A DNA stretch of 64,000 nucleotides from an uncultured Christensenella sp. (lineage in GTDB: Bacteria; Bacillota; Clostridia; Christensenellales; UBA3700). The notes under the pieces were generated by a model. The model was not told the DNA's origin and searched no databases. It was given only the letters and a program-made list of their open reading frames with translations. The stretch spans positions 14,929-78,928 of the forward strand of contig CATMWH010000002.1 of the NCBI GenBank assembly GCA_950079155.1, given 5' to 3'. This document shows, in pieces, positions 46,802 to 55,986 of this stretch (position 1 is its first letter; each line of letters begins with the position of its first letter). A program made the translations under genes and the position numbers.

Positions 46802-48213
46802 CCACCGCCTTTGCTATCATTTATCTTTTGGAATAGCGTACCGATTGCCTTGAATGGTAAACGTATCAACAGCCCTACGCCTTTAAACATATATACAAAG
46901 CCTTTGCCTATAATCTTAAATACCCATACCAATGCTTGACCTAGCACCGGGCAAAAGATTGAAAGTATAGGCATTAGTACTACCAAGACGATTACTACGG
47001 CTATCAATATTAAAGCCCACTCAGGTATATTAGTAAGTCGGCTCAACCACTCCAATAAACTTGCAAATTCATTAGTATTGTTGTTGCCCGGCTTATTGTT
47101 GCCTGTTACCTTATCCGATACTGCACCCAAGTTATATACCTTGCCATCCGTTATAAACTTCAAACGTAAAACCGTTACTTGAGATATATCCGTCCAAAAC
47201 GTAACTGTGGAATAATCTCCAACAACCATAGTAATGTCTGTTTCCACAAACCGAAGTACCCATTGCTTGCCTTCTAGGTTGGCTTTCGTTTCATCTTTCA
47301 AATCTTCTTTGGATATAAACTCGGAAACGCTTTGTATTCTCTCCCATTCATACTTCTTGGAAAACCAACCGTCCGCTGCGTTTCCCCCCTTTTGTTTTCC
47401 ATTTAATTTCGCAAGTTCCTGACTTGTATCTTTATAGTTAGTTTCGCCTTTAAGTCCTATTCCTGTTGCTCGCGAAGCAGAACGACGAACATACGATACG
47501 TCGGCTTCCATAAGCGAATCTATCTTCTTATCCGTAGAAAATGCTACGTAATGCGAATGACACCAATTAGGAGATAACTTAAAACCGTTGCTGTATTCCA
47601 AATAATCCGCGTAAGGATCTATGATTTGTATTGTTTCTGTTCCTTTGCAACTGTAAGTTACTTCGCCGTTTGTAGTAGTTGCTATATACAGTTTACCTAT
47701 GGCAAACGCCACTTCGTTTTTCGTATTGTCGTTACCCGACCCTTTGTCTATACTTGAATCCCATTGACGGTAAATGCTTGTTATGTTGTAATATCGAGTA
47801 GCCTTCTCATCTACAGCAACGCCATTGACTTTGTATTTGCAAAATACTCCGTTGCAACTCAATAGCGAAAGTCCGTACAGATTTGTTCCGTCCGCGCTTT
47901 CCGAAAATGACATATTTATTTGCGTTGCTACAAGGTACTTTGTAAGTTGGCTTGGTTGATATGTATATACGAATAATTCTTTGGTCGTACTCTCTGCAAT
48001 TTGTATCATTTTTATTGAATAATCGCTTGCATTGCTTGGGTAATCGTCAACACTGAACTCTATATCTATCTGCAAATCTTCAAGAACTTCACTATACCCA
48101 GATACTGCGGCATAAGCGGGTGGCGTTTGCCACCCACCCAATATCATTACAACAAGCAAACATAACGCCAACACTATTGTTGATATACTCTTTATACTTT
48201 GCTTGAATACCAT
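46798..48213 (-). CDS. Secreted/membrane protein (471 aa): signal peptide plus C-terminal double TM; possible adsorption/assembly protein
   Basis: N-terminus ...LVVMILGGWQTPPAYAAVSG. C-terminus IPEWALILIAVVIVLVVLMPILSIFCPVLGQALVWVF... Confidence 0.6.
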   Translation of the reverse strand: MVFKQSIKSISTIVLALCLLVVMILGGWQTPPAYAAVSGYSEVLEDLQIDIEFSVDDYPSNASDYSIKMIQIAESTTKELFVYTYQPSQLTKYLVATQINMSFSESADGTNLYGLSLLSCNGVFCKYKVNGVAVDEKATRYYNITSIYRQWDSSIDKGSGNDNTKNEVAFAIGKLYIATTTNGEVTYSCKGTETIQIIDPYADYLEYSNGFKLSPNWCHSHYVAFSTDKKIDSLMEADVSYVRRSASRATGIGLKGETNYKDTSQELAKLNGKQKGGNAADGWFSKKYEWERIQSVSEFISKEDLKDETKANLEGKQWVLRFVETDITMVVGDYSTVTFWTDISQVTVLRLKFITDGKVYNLGAVSDKVTGNNKPGNNNTNEFASLLEWLSRLTNIPEWALILIAVVIVLVVLMPILSIFCPVLGQALVWVFKIIGKGFVYMFKGVGLLIRLPFKAIGTLFQKINDSKGGG

Positions 48214-48224
48214 ACTTCACCGCC

Positions 48225-49310
48225 TTATAGTATTACCGACGGCTGATCCATCTCAATGGAAGAAACGCGTGCTTGATTTATGTAACCTGTACATACAAAC
48301 TTCGACGAAATAGTATAGTTGGTATATTGTCCCGATATAGTTACGTCCACATTAAACATTCTTGCTTCCGTTATGTCCAAGAAGTACCCCGCTATCTCCG
48401 AAGTAGAAAGATTCTTAAATTGTATATCCGAATTTCTGCCTGTAATGTAAAATTGAGATACGGCGTGCGGATAATCAAAATACAACTCTTTATCGGGATT
48501 GCGATTGTACGTTCCCGTTGTAATCGTACTGCCTTTCAACTTCATATAAATGTACTGCCCTGTATCCGAAATATCGTTACTCAAACTTATTGTTGCCGTA
48601 AAATTGTCCGCCAATGTATACACCGAGCCCTTGTCGTATTGCAAATTCGTCACTCCGCCCGGACCTATGCCGTTAGGATTTATATTGAACTTAACTTCCG
48701 TAGTACCGCCCAAGTTGACTACCATATCTCCATATTTCAAACTTACGTTTTGCACCTTTTGAGAATAGTCCAATATACATTGAGCCGTAGCGTTTGAATT
48801 GTCTTTACTAACAACGCTTATTTTTATTTGCGAGCCAAACGCTTGCTTACATTCTACGTTTGCAGTCAACGCTCCATTTGACGTCGGCGTTACCGTTACG
48901 TAATCCGTTACTGATTTACCACTTGCAAAACCGCTACTACCGTCTACCCAATTTATTGACCATTCCATTTGCTTGTTAGTTGCAGTATCGGGATTTACGT
49001 TTATAGTAAGCAAACAAGCGCTGTCGGCTTGCGTACTTATTCCGTTCGCTTCATACGCTGCGCGGGGTAATACTGTGCTTACAACTTTCATACCGCTTTC
49101 TACAACTTCCGAAACCAGCATTCCGCCATTAAGATTATCATTTTCCGGTATACTAGTCGAGTTATCCGGCTTTGCTACGTTTTGCGAGTTGTACTTAAAC
49201 CACGTCTTGACATCCCAATTAGTAAATCCCAATGAGCCTATTGATATGACGAGCACAAGTACAATCGCGATAAATGCTGAAACTATGCTGAATATTGTTG
49301 TCTTTTTCAT
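48225..49310 (-). CDS. Membrane-anchored protein (361 aa), beta-rich ectodomain
   Basis: N-terminal TM TTIFSIVSAFIAIVLVLVISIGSLGF. ORF track. Confidence 0.6.
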   Translation of the reverse strand: MKKTTIFSIVSAFIAIVLVLVISIGSLGFTNWDVKTWFKYNSQNVAKPDNSTSIPENDNLNGGMLVSEVVESGMKVVSTVLPRAAYEANGISTQADSACLLTINVNPDTATNKQMEWSINWVDGSSGFASGKSVTDYVTVTPTSNGALTANVECKQAFGSQIKISVVSKDNSNATAQCILDYSQKVQNVSLKYGDMVVNLGGTTEVKFNINPNGIGPGGVTNLQYDKGSVYTLADNFTATISLSNDISDTGQYIYMKLKGSTITTGTYNRNPDKELYFDYPHAVSQFYITGRNSDIQFKNLSTSEIAGYFLDITEARMFNVDVTISGQYTNYTISSKFVCTGYINQARVSSIEMDQPSVIL

Positions 49311-49336
49311 TTTTGTTCTCCTATTATTTGATGATT

Positions 49337-49371
49337 AAAAAACTACGGCAAGCGTATAACACCTGCCGCAG
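49337..49371 (-). terminator. Strong intrinsic terminator after the 119-aa gene
   Basis: Minus strand: cugcggcagg-(9 nt)-cuugccguag (10 bp including two G-U pairs), followed by UUUUUU. Confidence 0.75.
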
Positions 49372-49380
49372 TTCCTTTAT

Positions 49381-49740
49381 TTAACGCATAAGCATTGCAA
49401 GCAAAGTCTTGTCCGAATTACGAGCCGGCTTAATTGCGCTCTCGAACGTTTCTCCCGTTTCCTTGTCTACGGTACGCACGAGAAATCTATTGCCGGAAAT
49501 CAAACTGCCGTTCGCGTCCTTGAACTCGTATGGCTCTACCACGAAATCCGCTTGCGATTCGTTGCCAAATACGATATCCAATACGGCATATCCGCCCTTG
49601 TCGTTTACGTTTGGCGGTGCAAGTTTGATTTTAACGTCCTTACCCCTTACGTTTCCGCTGATAAAATACCCAAAAAACGATTTGCCCTTATATTCAAAGG
49701 TTTCTCTTTCAACCTTGATAGCCTGTTTCTTCTTTTCCAT
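49381..49740 (-). CDS. 119-aa protein, candidate abundant DNA-binding/structural protein of the ssDNA module
   Basis: ORF track. Beta-rich sequence, AAGGAGA RBS, followed by a strong terminator (position analogous to the highly expressed genes of Ff phage). Function not recognised. Confidence 0.5.
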   Translation of the reverse strand: MEKKKQAIKVERETFEYKGKSFFGYFISGNVRGKDVKIKLAPPNVNDKGGYAVLDIVFGNESQADFVVEPYEFKDANGSLISGNRFLVRTVDKETGETFESAIKPARNSDKTLLAMLMR

Positions 49741-49758
49741 TTGACTTTATTCTCCTTT

Positions 49759-50079
49759 TTAGTTTGCTTTCTTCTTACTATCGGTTTTCTTATCTTCGGA
49801 CTGCGGTACGAGATCTTCCAACTTCGTACCCTTTTGTCTCGAATATTTAACTGCAAGGCTCTTATCGCCATATTTCTCCATAGCGACCTTGTAACGGAAA
49901 AGTCCTGCGTGGTCGCTTTGACATTGCAAATATCCGGATCTCAATCCGCTCTCGTATTCCGTAAGCGGTTTACCTTCCTTGTCGCCGTGCTGATGCACTT
50001 TTGCCTTACGTTCTTCCGCATAACTGCTTGCTCTCTTATTTGGTGAATACCAACGTCTTTCTTTGTTATAATCTGCCAT
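49759..50079 (-). CDS. Basic 106-aa protein
   Basis: Track ORF trimmed to ATG 50079 (MADYNKERRW), preceded by AGGAGA. Confidence 0.5.
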   Translation of the reverse strand: MADYNKERRWYSPNKRASSYAEERKAKVHQHGDKEGKPLTEYESGLRSGYLQCQSDHAGLFRYKVAMEKYGDKSLAVKYSRQKGTKLEDLVPQSEDKKTDSKKKAN

Positions 50080-50259
50080 TGTTTTAATTCTCCTAAATGT
50101 TCTTCGCCCGTTAAACCGATGGCCCAGCATTCGTATTTCGACGACTCTTATGTTTTCTTTGATTTGTTTAGTGTTTTATTGGTGGCCACTCTTTTCTCGA
50201 ATTTCACACTAAATCTAATCACTCAATCCCTTGCGCCGAATACATCTATATCTAAACTG

Positions 50260-50481
50260 CTAGAATTTCGCCAACGTTCCGTCCGTATATCCTAGCAATT
50301 CTTGACTAGCTGAAATTATCTTCTTTCTTGCGCAGTAGTTATAAGACACTCGCCACAACTCTACGTCAGGCGATATGCTTGCCTTATATTCAAAAAACGC
50401 AAGGGCTTTGTCAAACGAAGTAAAATACTTACTACCGTAGTTGCATTCTACTCGATACATTTTCTTGACTGTTTTCTTCAT
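50260..50481 (-). CDS. Hypothetical protein (73 aa)
   Basis: ORF track. AAGGAGAGA RBS. Confidence 0.5.
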   Translation of the reverse strand: MKKTVKKMYRVECNYGSKYFTSFDKALAFFEYKASISPDVELWRVSYNYCARKKIISASQELLGYTDGTLAKF

Positions 50482-50570
50482 ATTCTCTCCTTAAATTTAA
50501 TTCGATTTTTGTAGTTGCCGTTAAAGCCCTTACACTATATAGCCACGAAAAAGGGCAAAAGTTTTCGGTC

Positions 50571-50969
50571 TCACAAAATATTCTTCAATTTTTTATAAAT
50601 TCTTGCTAATTTATTGCTCACGCTACACTTCGCAATCCCGTCGGCCTTTGCTATTTCAGTTACACTTTGTCCTTCAAAAAATACCCTGCGAATTAGGTCT
50701 TGCTGTGTTGGTAACAACTGCGAAATTGCTTGTTGCAACTTCTCATTATCCATATTCTCAAATCCGCTATCATCTTTGAAATATTCGTCAGTTACCGAAG
50801 GCTCTTGTCCAACTTCAAAAAGGCTCTCCATTGAAACGTGCCTGCGTGTTTCTCTTCTATTGGCGAGTTGATCCACCTTTTCTAAATTTTGGTAGGCTTC
50901 GTAAAACTCATCACTTACTTCTACCGTGCTAACTTGTCCGTCAGCAAATTTATACGTTATTGTTTTCAT
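50571..50969 (-). CDS. Sigma-70 region-4 / HTH regulator typical of Gram-positive transposon-like elements
   Basis: LLPTQQDLIRRVFFEGQSVTEIAKADGIAKCSVSNKLARIYKKLKNIL is a region-4-type HTH. N-terminus is YKFADGQVSTVEVSDEF...RRETRRHVS. Confidence 0.7.
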   Translation of the reverse strand: MKTITYKFADGQVSTVEVSDEFYEAYQNLEKVDQLANRRETRRHVSMESLFEVGQEPSVTDEYFKDDSGFENMDNEKLQQAISQLLPTQQDLIRRVFFEGQSVTEIAKADGIAKCSVSNKLARIYKKLKNIL

Positions 50970-50994
50970 ATCTCTACTCCTTGAATTTTCCTAT

Positions 50995-51074
50995 CCGTAG
51001 AGCCGAGTTTCCGTAAACAAAAAGACGACAAAAAGCATTTGAGATTTGCTTCCTTGCCGTCTTGCGGTCTACGG
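50995..51074 (-). promoter_or_regulatory. Conserved structured leader (terminator-like hairpin nested in an outer stem) upstream of the sigma-like gene; homolog at 59535-59621
   Basis: Outer stem ccgtaga.c / g.tctacgg. Inner aagacggcaa / ttgtcgtctt followed by a T-run on the minus strand. The same architecture and much the same sequence lie upstream of Rep2. Confidence 0.5.
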
Positions 51075-51254
51075 ATATTTTATTGTTAGCGGACTACACC
51101 GCTTTATTTTTATTTATAACATTGATATTGCCGTTGTCGCAAAAACTTATGAGCGTAACGCAACCCTTGATTGCTATCTCAATAGTCTTACTCGGCTTAT
51201 CTACTCGACAAACGAGTTTGCCTTGATTGTTTCTTATTTCCGTCAAGTTTTCCA

Positions 51255-51563
51255 TTAAGCACTCTCCTTGATTACCGATTGCAAAAATTTTAGTAACTGC
51301 TTATTTAATACCTGAACGTATTCCGGCGTATAGCCTAGTTTGTCCGACAACGATTCTTGCGTATGATTTTTTATATACAAACAATAATACAAGTCATATA
51401 ATTTGGGCGTTGCCTTTCTCATTACTTCGTTATATCTTTCAACTGTGTTTGTAATATCGTTCTTCTTGCCGGTGCAAGCGTATGCTTCGTCAAACATATC
51501 TTTACGCATATAGTAATAGCGTATATTTTTCAAATCTTCTCTTATTGCATTTAATGTTATCAT
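51255..51563 (-). CDS. Putative HTH / sigma-region-4-like regulator (102 aa)
   Basis: C-terminal HTQESLSDKLGYTPEYVQVLNKQLLKFL is HTH-like. ORF track. Confidence 0.5.
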   Translation of the reverse strand: MITLNAIREDLKNIRYYYMRKDMFDEAYACTGKKNDITNTVERYNEVMRKATPKLYDLYYCLYIKNHTQESLSDKLGYTPEYVQVLNKQLLKFLQSVIKESA

Positions 51564-51597
51564 TTCTATTCTCCTATCTTTTCAATTACTGCCATCA

Positions 51598-51656
51598 TAT
51601 AAAAAGCCCCGACGACAGTAACCCATCTAACTTAATGAGCTACTGTTCGTAGGGGC
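51598..51656 (-). terminator. Intrinsic terminator / attenuator between the Zn-ribbon gene and the HTH gene
   Basis: Minus strand: gcccctacgaacagta-(20 nt)-tactgtcgtcggggc, followed by ttttta. Confidence 0.6.
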
Positions 51657-51772
51657 CATACTTTGTATGCCGGTGGCACGAACCTTATCTAGATTGTATT
51701 GAGTAGGATTTACGGATCTTGTCTACCTAACTGTGCAACATAGACGAACATATTTATTTGTTACTTATTTTA

Positions 51773-51937
51773 TTATGATTTTACTATTCGTATTATCCTT
51801 TCTTTCTCCGAAGATTGCTTTGCTATAATAACCGAATTACATTTCTTGCAACAGCCTTTCGCTTCGCTGTTCTCGCCTCTCGTAACCATTACATAGTTCA
51901 AACATTCAGGACATTTAATTCGTTTGACTCGATTCAT
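51773..51937 (-). CDS. Small zinc-ribbon protein (54 aa)
   Basis: CPEC...(17 aa)...CKKC. Start at ATG 51937 after AAGGAGA. Confidence 0.5.
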   Translation of the reverse strand: MNRVKRIKCPECLNYVMVTRGENSEAKGCCKKCNSVIIAKQSSEKERIIRIVKS

Positions 51938-52132
51938 ACGACTATCTCCTTTTCCCATAAATACGTCAAGTTTAGATTTAACTTACTGCCATTGCAAGGT
52001 TGGGAGAGCCGGTGCGGAAGTAAACTATCTTTCGTATTCTCTATGCGTTGACTTATTCAAATCTTTGCTTACCCTAAAATTGTAAACAAATGTTCATATA
52101 TTGTCAAGACTTTTTATGAACATTTTTTATAT

Positions 52133-52321
52133 CTATGGCGGTTGTCCAAAATTATTCCCATCTTGCTTACTTTGTTGGTTTTTATAATAATCTCTAATTT
52201 CCAATTCCAAAATTGCCACAAACAAATCTTTTTCTTGTTTAGACATAAGACTAAACAACGGCGTTCCATCTACACAGACTTTATGTTTATAATTCTTGCC
52301 TTCACTTATAATTTCTTTCAT
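52133..52321 (-). CDS. Hypothetical small protein (62 aa)
   Basis: ORF track. AAGGAGA RBS. Confidence 0.45.
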   Translation of the reverse strand: MKEIISEGKNYKHKVCVDGTPLFSLMSKQEKDLFVAILELEIRDYYKNQQSKQDGNNFGQPP

Positions 52322-52823
52322 ACTATCTCCTTGCGTTCAGTTGTAATTCAACTATACAACGTACTAATTCAAAATGTTAGAAACTTAATCTAATGCTTGC
52401 CCCATATCTACCCTATATCAATCCAATATCTACCCAATATTTTTCGTAATCTCAAATAGTGGACTTTATTACAATATCTCCATTTGAGCACTTTTTTCGA
52501 CGATAGGTTTGGCAGAAAATGACGTTGCTGTCAAAAGCCGATAAAATATCGCCCAAAATTTTTATATCAATAACATAAATGCAATATTTTACGGCTATCT
52601 TTACTTTTAATTTTTGGTTTTGACCGCCCCGCCATTTCCTGCCCTTTTCGGTTTTGTCGAAAAAAGTTCTCATAGGAGATTAGATTGGGTCGATATTAGT
52701 TAATTCTTGGGTTGAATTTTGGGTTTATTGGTTTTTCTTGGAGAAACGTTGGGATAAAATTTCTAACATTCTCAAAGATTTTTCGATATTCTCAATTCGA
52801 AATAAATATATAGGAGACAAAAT

Positions 52824-53226
52824 ATGAAAACAGCAGTCATCTATGCACGAGTTCGTGGCGTAGATAATCCAGAGCAACAAATTCAAGAGCAAATAGCCAC
52901 TTGTACGCAATATGCGAATGAAAATGGCATCACCATAGTTGACATATATGTCGATATTGAAGGATTAGGCTCACATGTAAGTCGTCTTGATTTGAAACAA
53001 TTACTTAACGATAGCCATACGGCAACGTGGGACACAGTAATAGTTTATAGCAACGATAGAATCGCAAGGAAAATTCCCGAATCCAAAAAAATATCGCAAG
53101 ATATTAGAACAAAATGGCAAATCGCTAATAAGTGCTACGGCAGTTCCTGAAGATCCATTATTGAATGAATTATTGCAAACACTAGATAGTCTATTAAAAC
53201 AAATGAGAAAAAGGAGAAAGAAATAA
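52824..53226 (+). pseudogene. Resolvase-domain-only serine recombinase paralog: catalytic Ser lost and frame broken at an A7 run
   Basis: MKTAVIYARVRGVDNPEQQ, where the neighbour has YARYSSDSQ. The frame changes near A7 (53085-53091). The +1 frame continues ...KILEQNGKSLISATAVPEDPLLNELLQTLDSLLKQMRKRRKK*, ending at TAA 53224-53226, 1 nt before the next ATG. Confidence 0.6.
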
Positions 53227-53227
53227 G

Positions 53228-54910
53228 ATGAAAACAGCAGTAGTTTACGCTCGTTATTCGAGCGACTCTCAAACGGAACAATCAATCGAAGGTCAATTAA
53301 GAGTTTGCCAACAATACGCACAAAACAATGATATTCTCATTGTAGATACTTATATTGACCGAGCAATGACTGGTACTAATGACGCTCGCCCAGACTTCCA
53401 ACGTATGATTAAAGATAGCGTGAAAAGACAATGGAATTACGTTTTGGTTTATAAATTGGATCGTTTTTCCCGTAATAAGTACGAGGCAACAATACACAAA
53501 CACACCTTGAAAGAAAACGGCGTCAAGATATTGTCCGCTATGGAAAATATACCTGACACTCCCGAAGGCATAATACTTGAAAGTATGTTGGAAGGTATGA
53601 ATCAATACTACTCTGCCGAACTTTCTCAAAAGGTATTACGTGGATTGCGAGAGAGTTATATCAAAGGCAACTTCACCGGCGGCGCACAACTTTACGGATA
53701 TGACATTGTTGATAAAAAGAACGTCATCAATCCTAACGAGGCTGATATTGTCCGAGAGATATTCACTAAATACGCACAAGGATATACTGCCGTTACAATA
53801 TCCGCTGACCTAAAAAGTAGAGGCATACGAACTAAAAAAGGAAAATACATTACTTCTGCTAATATCTATAAAATGATCAACAATCCAAAATATAATGGTA
53901 GGGCTATACACCGCGACGTTGTTTATGACAATATCTACCCCGCTATCGTAGACGATACGACTTGGCAACGTGTACAAGATATTCGCGATACCAATAAGCA
54001 CGCACCCGGACGAAAAAAGGATATTTATGAATTTCTATTATCCAGTAAACTTATTTGTGGAAACTGCAAAGAAACTATGATAGGCGAAAGCGGTACAAGT
54101 CATACCGGCGATAAGCACTATTATTATAGTTGTTTGAGTCGTAGACGCAAACGCCACAAATGTAATTTCAAAGCACTTAATAAACAATATCTTGAAGATT
54201 TAGTAATGCACATCACTTGGGTTGTATTGTGTGAAAATGCTACTGTCTCCGAGATTGCCAAATGGGTACTTAAACAGCACGAAAAACTTAATAAACAAAA
54301 TGATATGCTGAAATCACTTGAAAATGCTCGACTGTCCGCAGTAAAGGCTTCTAATAATCTAATAGCCGCTATTGAACAAGGCATCATTACGGAACAAACA
54401 AAAATTAGATTAAAAGAACTTGAAGCACAAATATCGCAACTTGAATTTGATATAGACCAAGAAAGGCAACGGTCATATACTTACCTTACGCAAGAAAAGA
54501 TTGAGCAATATCTAAAAGCCGTTATATGCGGAGATATTGAATCAGTCGCAGTTAGGAAATTCATTGTGAAAAACTTCATACGAGAAATATTGGTGTACGC
54601 CGACAAAATTATAATATCTTTTAACTTTACTGAACAACCGCCCATAAAAGGCAAGCACGACAACAGTTTGGAAGATATAGAAATGCAGGTGGAAACGCCT
54701 GCATTTTCTCTTGATTATGGTTCGTTTAAGGCTGAAAACTCTCTGCCATTAGGGAACTGTACGAACACTCGGCTAGAAGGGTTCGTACTTTTTCTTACTT
54801 ATGAATGTTTTGGAGTGTGCCTACCTATCAAAGACTTACTGCCAAAGCATACTATTCAAACACATTGGCAAACTCAACAACGAAATAGTCTAGGCTGTTT
54901 TTCAAAATAA
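53228..54910 (+). CDS. Large serine recombinase (integrase of E1); its 3' end runs through the att core
   Basis: Catalytic VYARYSSDSQTEQSIEGQ; recombinase domain; Zn ribbon CGNC...C..RRRKRHKC; coiled coil. Codons tct ctg cca (SLP, 54740-54748) form the att core, so the last 54 codons lie in module D2. Confidence 0.85.
   Translation: MKTAVVYARYSSDSQTEQSIEGQLRVCQQYAQNNDILIVDTYIDRAMTGTNDARPDFQRMIKDSVKRQWNYVLVYKLDRFSRNKYEATIHKHTLKENGVKILSAMENIPDTPEGIILESMLEGMNQYYSAELSQKVLRGLRESYIKGNFTGGAQLYGYDIVDKKNVINPNEADIVREIFTKYAQGYTAVTISADLKSRGIRTKKGKYITSANIYKMINNPKYNGRAIHRDVVYDNIYPAIVDDTTWQRVQDIRDTNKHAPGRKKDIYEFLLSSKLICGNCKETMIGESGTSHTGDKHYYYSCLSRRRKRHKCNFKALNKQYLEDLVMHITWVVLCENATVSEIAKWVLKQHEKLNKQNDMLKSLENARLSAVKASNNLIAAIEQGIITEQTKIRLKELEAQISQLEFDIDQERQRSYTYLTQEKIEQYLKAVICGDIESVAVRKFIVKNFIREILVYADKIIISFNFTEQPPIKGKHDNSLEDIEMQVETPAFSLDYGSFKAENSLPLGNCTNTRLEGFVLFLTYECFGVCLPIKDLLPKHTIQTHWQTQQRNSLGCFSK
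54738..54748 (+). repeat. Second copy of the 11-nt att core (actctctgcca)
   Basis: Identical to the tRNA-Ser 3' end at 28436-28446. Confidence 0.7.
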
Positions 54911-54950
54911 AATATACGGCGTATCGAAAATATTCGGTACGCTTTTTTAT
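54749..54950 (+). repeat. tRNA-downstream module D2 (homolog of D1)
   Basis: See D1. Same order of two hairpin/T-run units and the same conserved reading frame, ending ...WQTQQRNSLGCFSK*. Confidence 0.7.
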
Positions 54951-54951
54951 T

Positions 54952-54998
54952 CCGTTTGGATTACTCCGTGATTTAACTCTTTGGAAGTAGCACAATTC
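54952..54998 (+). repeat. Partial copy (5' arm only) of the long hairpin
   Basis: ccgtttggattactccgtgatttaactctttggaagtagcacaattc aligns with tcgtttgggataccccgtgatttagcctttcggagtgtctatcgtagcacagttc at 56141-56195. The similarity stops at aattc. Confidence 0.6.
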
Positions 54999-55023
54999 AG
55001 CAAATTAAATTTAAATGCCGTTC

Positions 55024-55986
55024 TTAAGCCACCTCATTCGAAATTTCTTTTAAGTTTAAAATAAAATCTGTTAAGAGGATAGCATTTAACGCTGCCTTTT
55101 TCTTAGGATAACAAAAATGCCATCCGTGAGCATTACTATTTCTTCCCGGAACGTCTGGCAAAGCTTGTTCCTTACTTCGACAATCATACATTATAAAATC
55201 ATCGAAGAAAGATTTAAATGCTTCACCATACCCATTTTCTTCTATTAATTTTGCATAGTATTTTTTGGTCTGATTATCCTTTCGCCCACTCACAAAATCT
55301 CCAATTTTTTTATATATTAAACCTTGCCATAGAGTCGATAAGCAAATGGAAGTAATAGCATATTCTTTTCTAACATACGCATTTATAGCCTGAATCATAA
55401 TCTTTTTTTCTGCACTATCAATCTCGCTGTTTTTCCAACTCTTTTTAATTCTCATTATCTTTTTATCAGTATAATATTTCATTACGACTCTATCAATTCT
55501 ATTAACAGCTCTATCACTTATACCTTTGCTCGAATAGAGAATATCAAGTATTTCATTAAACAGACTTATATCCGAATGCCATCCTATGTATGGAAACCAT
55601 CTCGCCTTATACATTGACTGCATATAAAATTCATTTTCTTCTTTGAATCTTTTTGCGCGCTCAGGATCATACGAAAGAATTGCCGAAAAATCAAACGTAC
55701 TCAGCCAATCATAAAAAGGTGATATTATTGGTGTTATTACTTTTGTAAAATCACGCAATGGTACTGTAACATTACTTATAGTTGAAAGCATAGTATTGAT
55801 ATGATTAAAATCTATATCTGGAAGAAGCGGAGTTGCGATATATCGAATATTTTCAGTCAATACCGACATAGGTTTCATCGTATCATCAAGAAGATGTAGT
55901 ATTGGTTGAGTATTTACTGCCAATTTACTTATATTTTGTATTATGGAAGATAAATCATTATAAGGCTTTATTTTATCATCTTTCAT
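55024..55986 (-). CDS. Stand-alone HEPN-like protein (Rx4H), Abi-like
   Basis: C-terminal VPGRNSNAHGW (R-x4-H followed by G). No recognisable partner gene. Lies between the partial and the complete hairpin copies. Confidence 0.5.
   Translation of the reverse strand: MKDDKIKPYNDLSSIIQNISKLAVNTQPILHLLDDTMKPMSVLTENIRYIATPLLPDIDFNHINTMLSTISNVTVPLRDFTKVITPIISPFYDWLSTFDFSAILSYDPERAKRFKEENEFYMQSMYKARWFPYIGWHSDISLFNEILDILYSSKGISDRAVNRIDRVVMKYYTDKKIMRIKKSWKNSEIDSAEKKIMIQAINAYVRKEYAITSICLSTLWQGLIYKKIGDFVSGRKDNQTKKYYAKLIEENGYGEAFKSFFDDFIMYDCRSKEQALPDVPGRNSNAHGWHFCYPKKKAALNAILLTDFILNLKEISNEVA

Larger units (their letters stand above)
28447..54748. mobile_element. Integrated element E1 (about 26 kb) at tRNA-Ser: hairpin + early small-gene operon + defence cargo + HUH-Rep/Zot ssDNA-phage-like module + serine recombinases
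   Basis: Bracketed by the 11-nt direct repeat. The recombinase sits at the right end. Gene content is mobile or defence-type. The composition of 34.6-44.2 kb is visibly more AT-rich than the flanks. Confidence 0.6.

Noticed and set aside
52452-52910. ORFs 52452..52673 (-) and 52725..52910 (-)
   Set aside because: They have no RBS and odd composition. The second overlaps the start of the resolvase-like gene. The region is better explained as a regulatory spacer with repeated boxes.
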